This document shows positions 16,400 to 17,556 of a stretch of 17,556 nucleotides of DNA, one piece after another. Every line of letters starts with the position of its first letter. Position 1 is the stretch's first letter. The notes beneath the pieces were generated by a model, which was not told where the DNA came from, made no database searches, and saw only the letters and a program-made list of their open reading frames with translations. Where the stretch lies: positions 1 through 17,556 of the forward strand of contig JALUEE010000022.1 of NCBI GenBank assembly GCA_027053075.1, written 5' to 3'. Both the position numbers and the translations under genes were made by a program. This DNA comes from a candidate division WOR-3 bacterium. Lineage in GTDB: Bacteria > Hydrothermota > Hydrothermia > B15-G9 > WFZT01.

Positions 16400-17556
16400 A
16401 TGGATACTTTATACGTTGGTATAGACGTAAGCTCAAAAGAACTATTCGCCTCCTTCTTCGATGATAATTCAAACCCCGTCATATCCTCCGCTAAATACCC
16501 TAATACCCCTGATGGCTGGCATGATTTCTCCCAACTCATATCCTCACTCTCCAAAAACTTCAAAATCGTCTGCGGCCTCGAATCCACCGGCGACTTCCAT
16601 ATCGGTATCCTTCATACCCTCCAAGCCATGGATAACATTGAAGTCCATCAACTCAACCCTGCCTCCGTCCGTTACTTTGCTAAAGCACTCAACGTCAGTG
16701 CCAAAACCGACCGTATCGATGCTCAAATTATAGCCCGCTACCTGGCCACTATCAAACCTCAGGGAGACTATCACGTCCCACTTTTCCTCCAACGTCTGCG
16801 TCATCTCGTTCGCACAAGACGTACCTTCACAGAGAATATGGCCTCTTTAAAGAATCAATTGTACCACATACTGAGAATTTATTTCCCTGGATACAGGATT
16901 CTTGTGAAGAGCGGGTTGCCTATCAGTTTTCTACACATACTCCAGAGATTTCCATCACCACATTTAATACTGGGAGCTGGAGAAGAGGAATTAATGAAGA
17001 TAAGGGTTGGGAGGCAGAAAATAAGGAGGAGCATAGTCAGGAAGGTAATAGATGTAGCGAGGAGTGCACCGATACAGGAATTAAGAGAGGCGGAGATGCT
17101 GATAATAAAGACAATAGTGAGGCAGATATTGGAGATCGATGGAGTGATAAAGGAGATAGACAGGGAAGTGAAGGAGATAGTTGAGGAATACTATTCGGAG
17201 TGCAAGATAACGAGCATACCGGGGATAGGCTGGGTGACAGCGGGAGTGATAATAGCGGAGGCAGGGGACATAAAGCGGAGGTTCAGGAGCAAGAAGAAAT
17301 TTGTGGGGTATTGTGGGTTGTATCCTACGGTGTGGGAGAGTGGTGATATGCGAAGGAGGGGGAAGATGACGAACAAGGGGAACAGGATGTTGAAGATGGC
17401 ATTTTTGCTAGCGGGTGTGAGTGCGAGGCGGACGAATCCGCAGATAAGGGCGTATTATGAGAGGTTATTGAGGCGTGGTAAGAGCAAGAGGGCAGCGGGA
17501 GGGGCGGTAGCGAGGAAATTAGCGGAGATAGTGTATGCGATAGCGGTTAGCGGAGA
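16400..17556 (+). CDS. IS110-family DEDD recombinase/transposase (3'-partial)
   Basis: Manual translation is open to the window end (385 codons): MDTLYVGIDVSSK...CGLESTG...LNP...KTDRIDAQIIA...SIPGIGWVTAGVIIAEAGD...YCGLYP..WESG...KGNRMLK...AVARKL. SD AGGAGG at 16388-16393. Confidence 0.96.
   Translation, partial: MDTLYVGIDVSSKELFASFFDDNSNPVISSAKYPNTPDGWHDFSQLISSLSKNFKIVCGLESTGDFHIGILHTLQAMDNIEVHQLNPASVRYFAKALNVSAKTDRIDAQIIARYLATIKPQGDYHVPLFLQRLRHLVRTRRTFTENMASLKNQLYHILRIYFPGYRILVKSGLPISFLHILQRFPSPHLILGAGEEELMKIRVGRQKIRRSIVRKVIDVARSAPIQELREAEMLIIKTIVRQILEIDGVIKEIDREVKEIVEEYYSECKITSIPGIGWVTAGVIIAEAGDIKRRFRSKKKFVGYCGLYPTVWESGDMRRRGKMTNKGNRMLKMAFLLAGVSARRTNPQIRAYYERLLRRGKSKRAAGGAVARKLAEIVYAIAVSG

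Larger units (their letters stand above)
16131..17556 (+). mobile_element. IS110-family insertion sequence (right end outside window)
   Basis: IS110 recombinase ORF, ~270-bp non-coding left end with TATAAT at 16139-16144 and a structured RNA segment. Left boundary inferred from the broken REP. Confidence 0.88.

Noticed and set aside
16333..17376. Short ORFs 16333-16587(-), 16461-16733(+), 16544-16804(-), 17191-17376(-)
   Set aside because: Shadow frames of the IS110 recombinase, favoured by its skewed composition.

Overview
Bacterial chromosomal window, mostly housekeeping. It contains a stand-alone IscR-like Rrf2 regulator with a candidate autoregulatory operator, a minus-strand cluster grpE-dnaK-dnaJ-rsmE-rpsU-mutS2-dnaG-rpoD, a divergent mazG, and a minus-strand yhaM / CDP-glycerol glycerophosphotransferase / rlmB operon. 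Two long intergenic regions (~240-830 and ~12650-13190) are shuffled mosaics of the same GC-rich REP-like palindromes. At the right edge is an IS110-family recombinase gene (16400 onward, absent from the ORF track because it runs off the window). It is preceded by a ~180-nt non-coding segment that folds by eye into a two-loop bridge-RNA-like structure. The loops match, allowing G-T/U-G wobble, the half-REP at the element's left junction, the start of the element itself, and an intact REP at 12666-12681. This suggests an RNA-guided recombinase programmed against the host's REP family. Several genes (mazG, yhaM, probably dnaJ) look leaderless. All alignments and folds were done manually.
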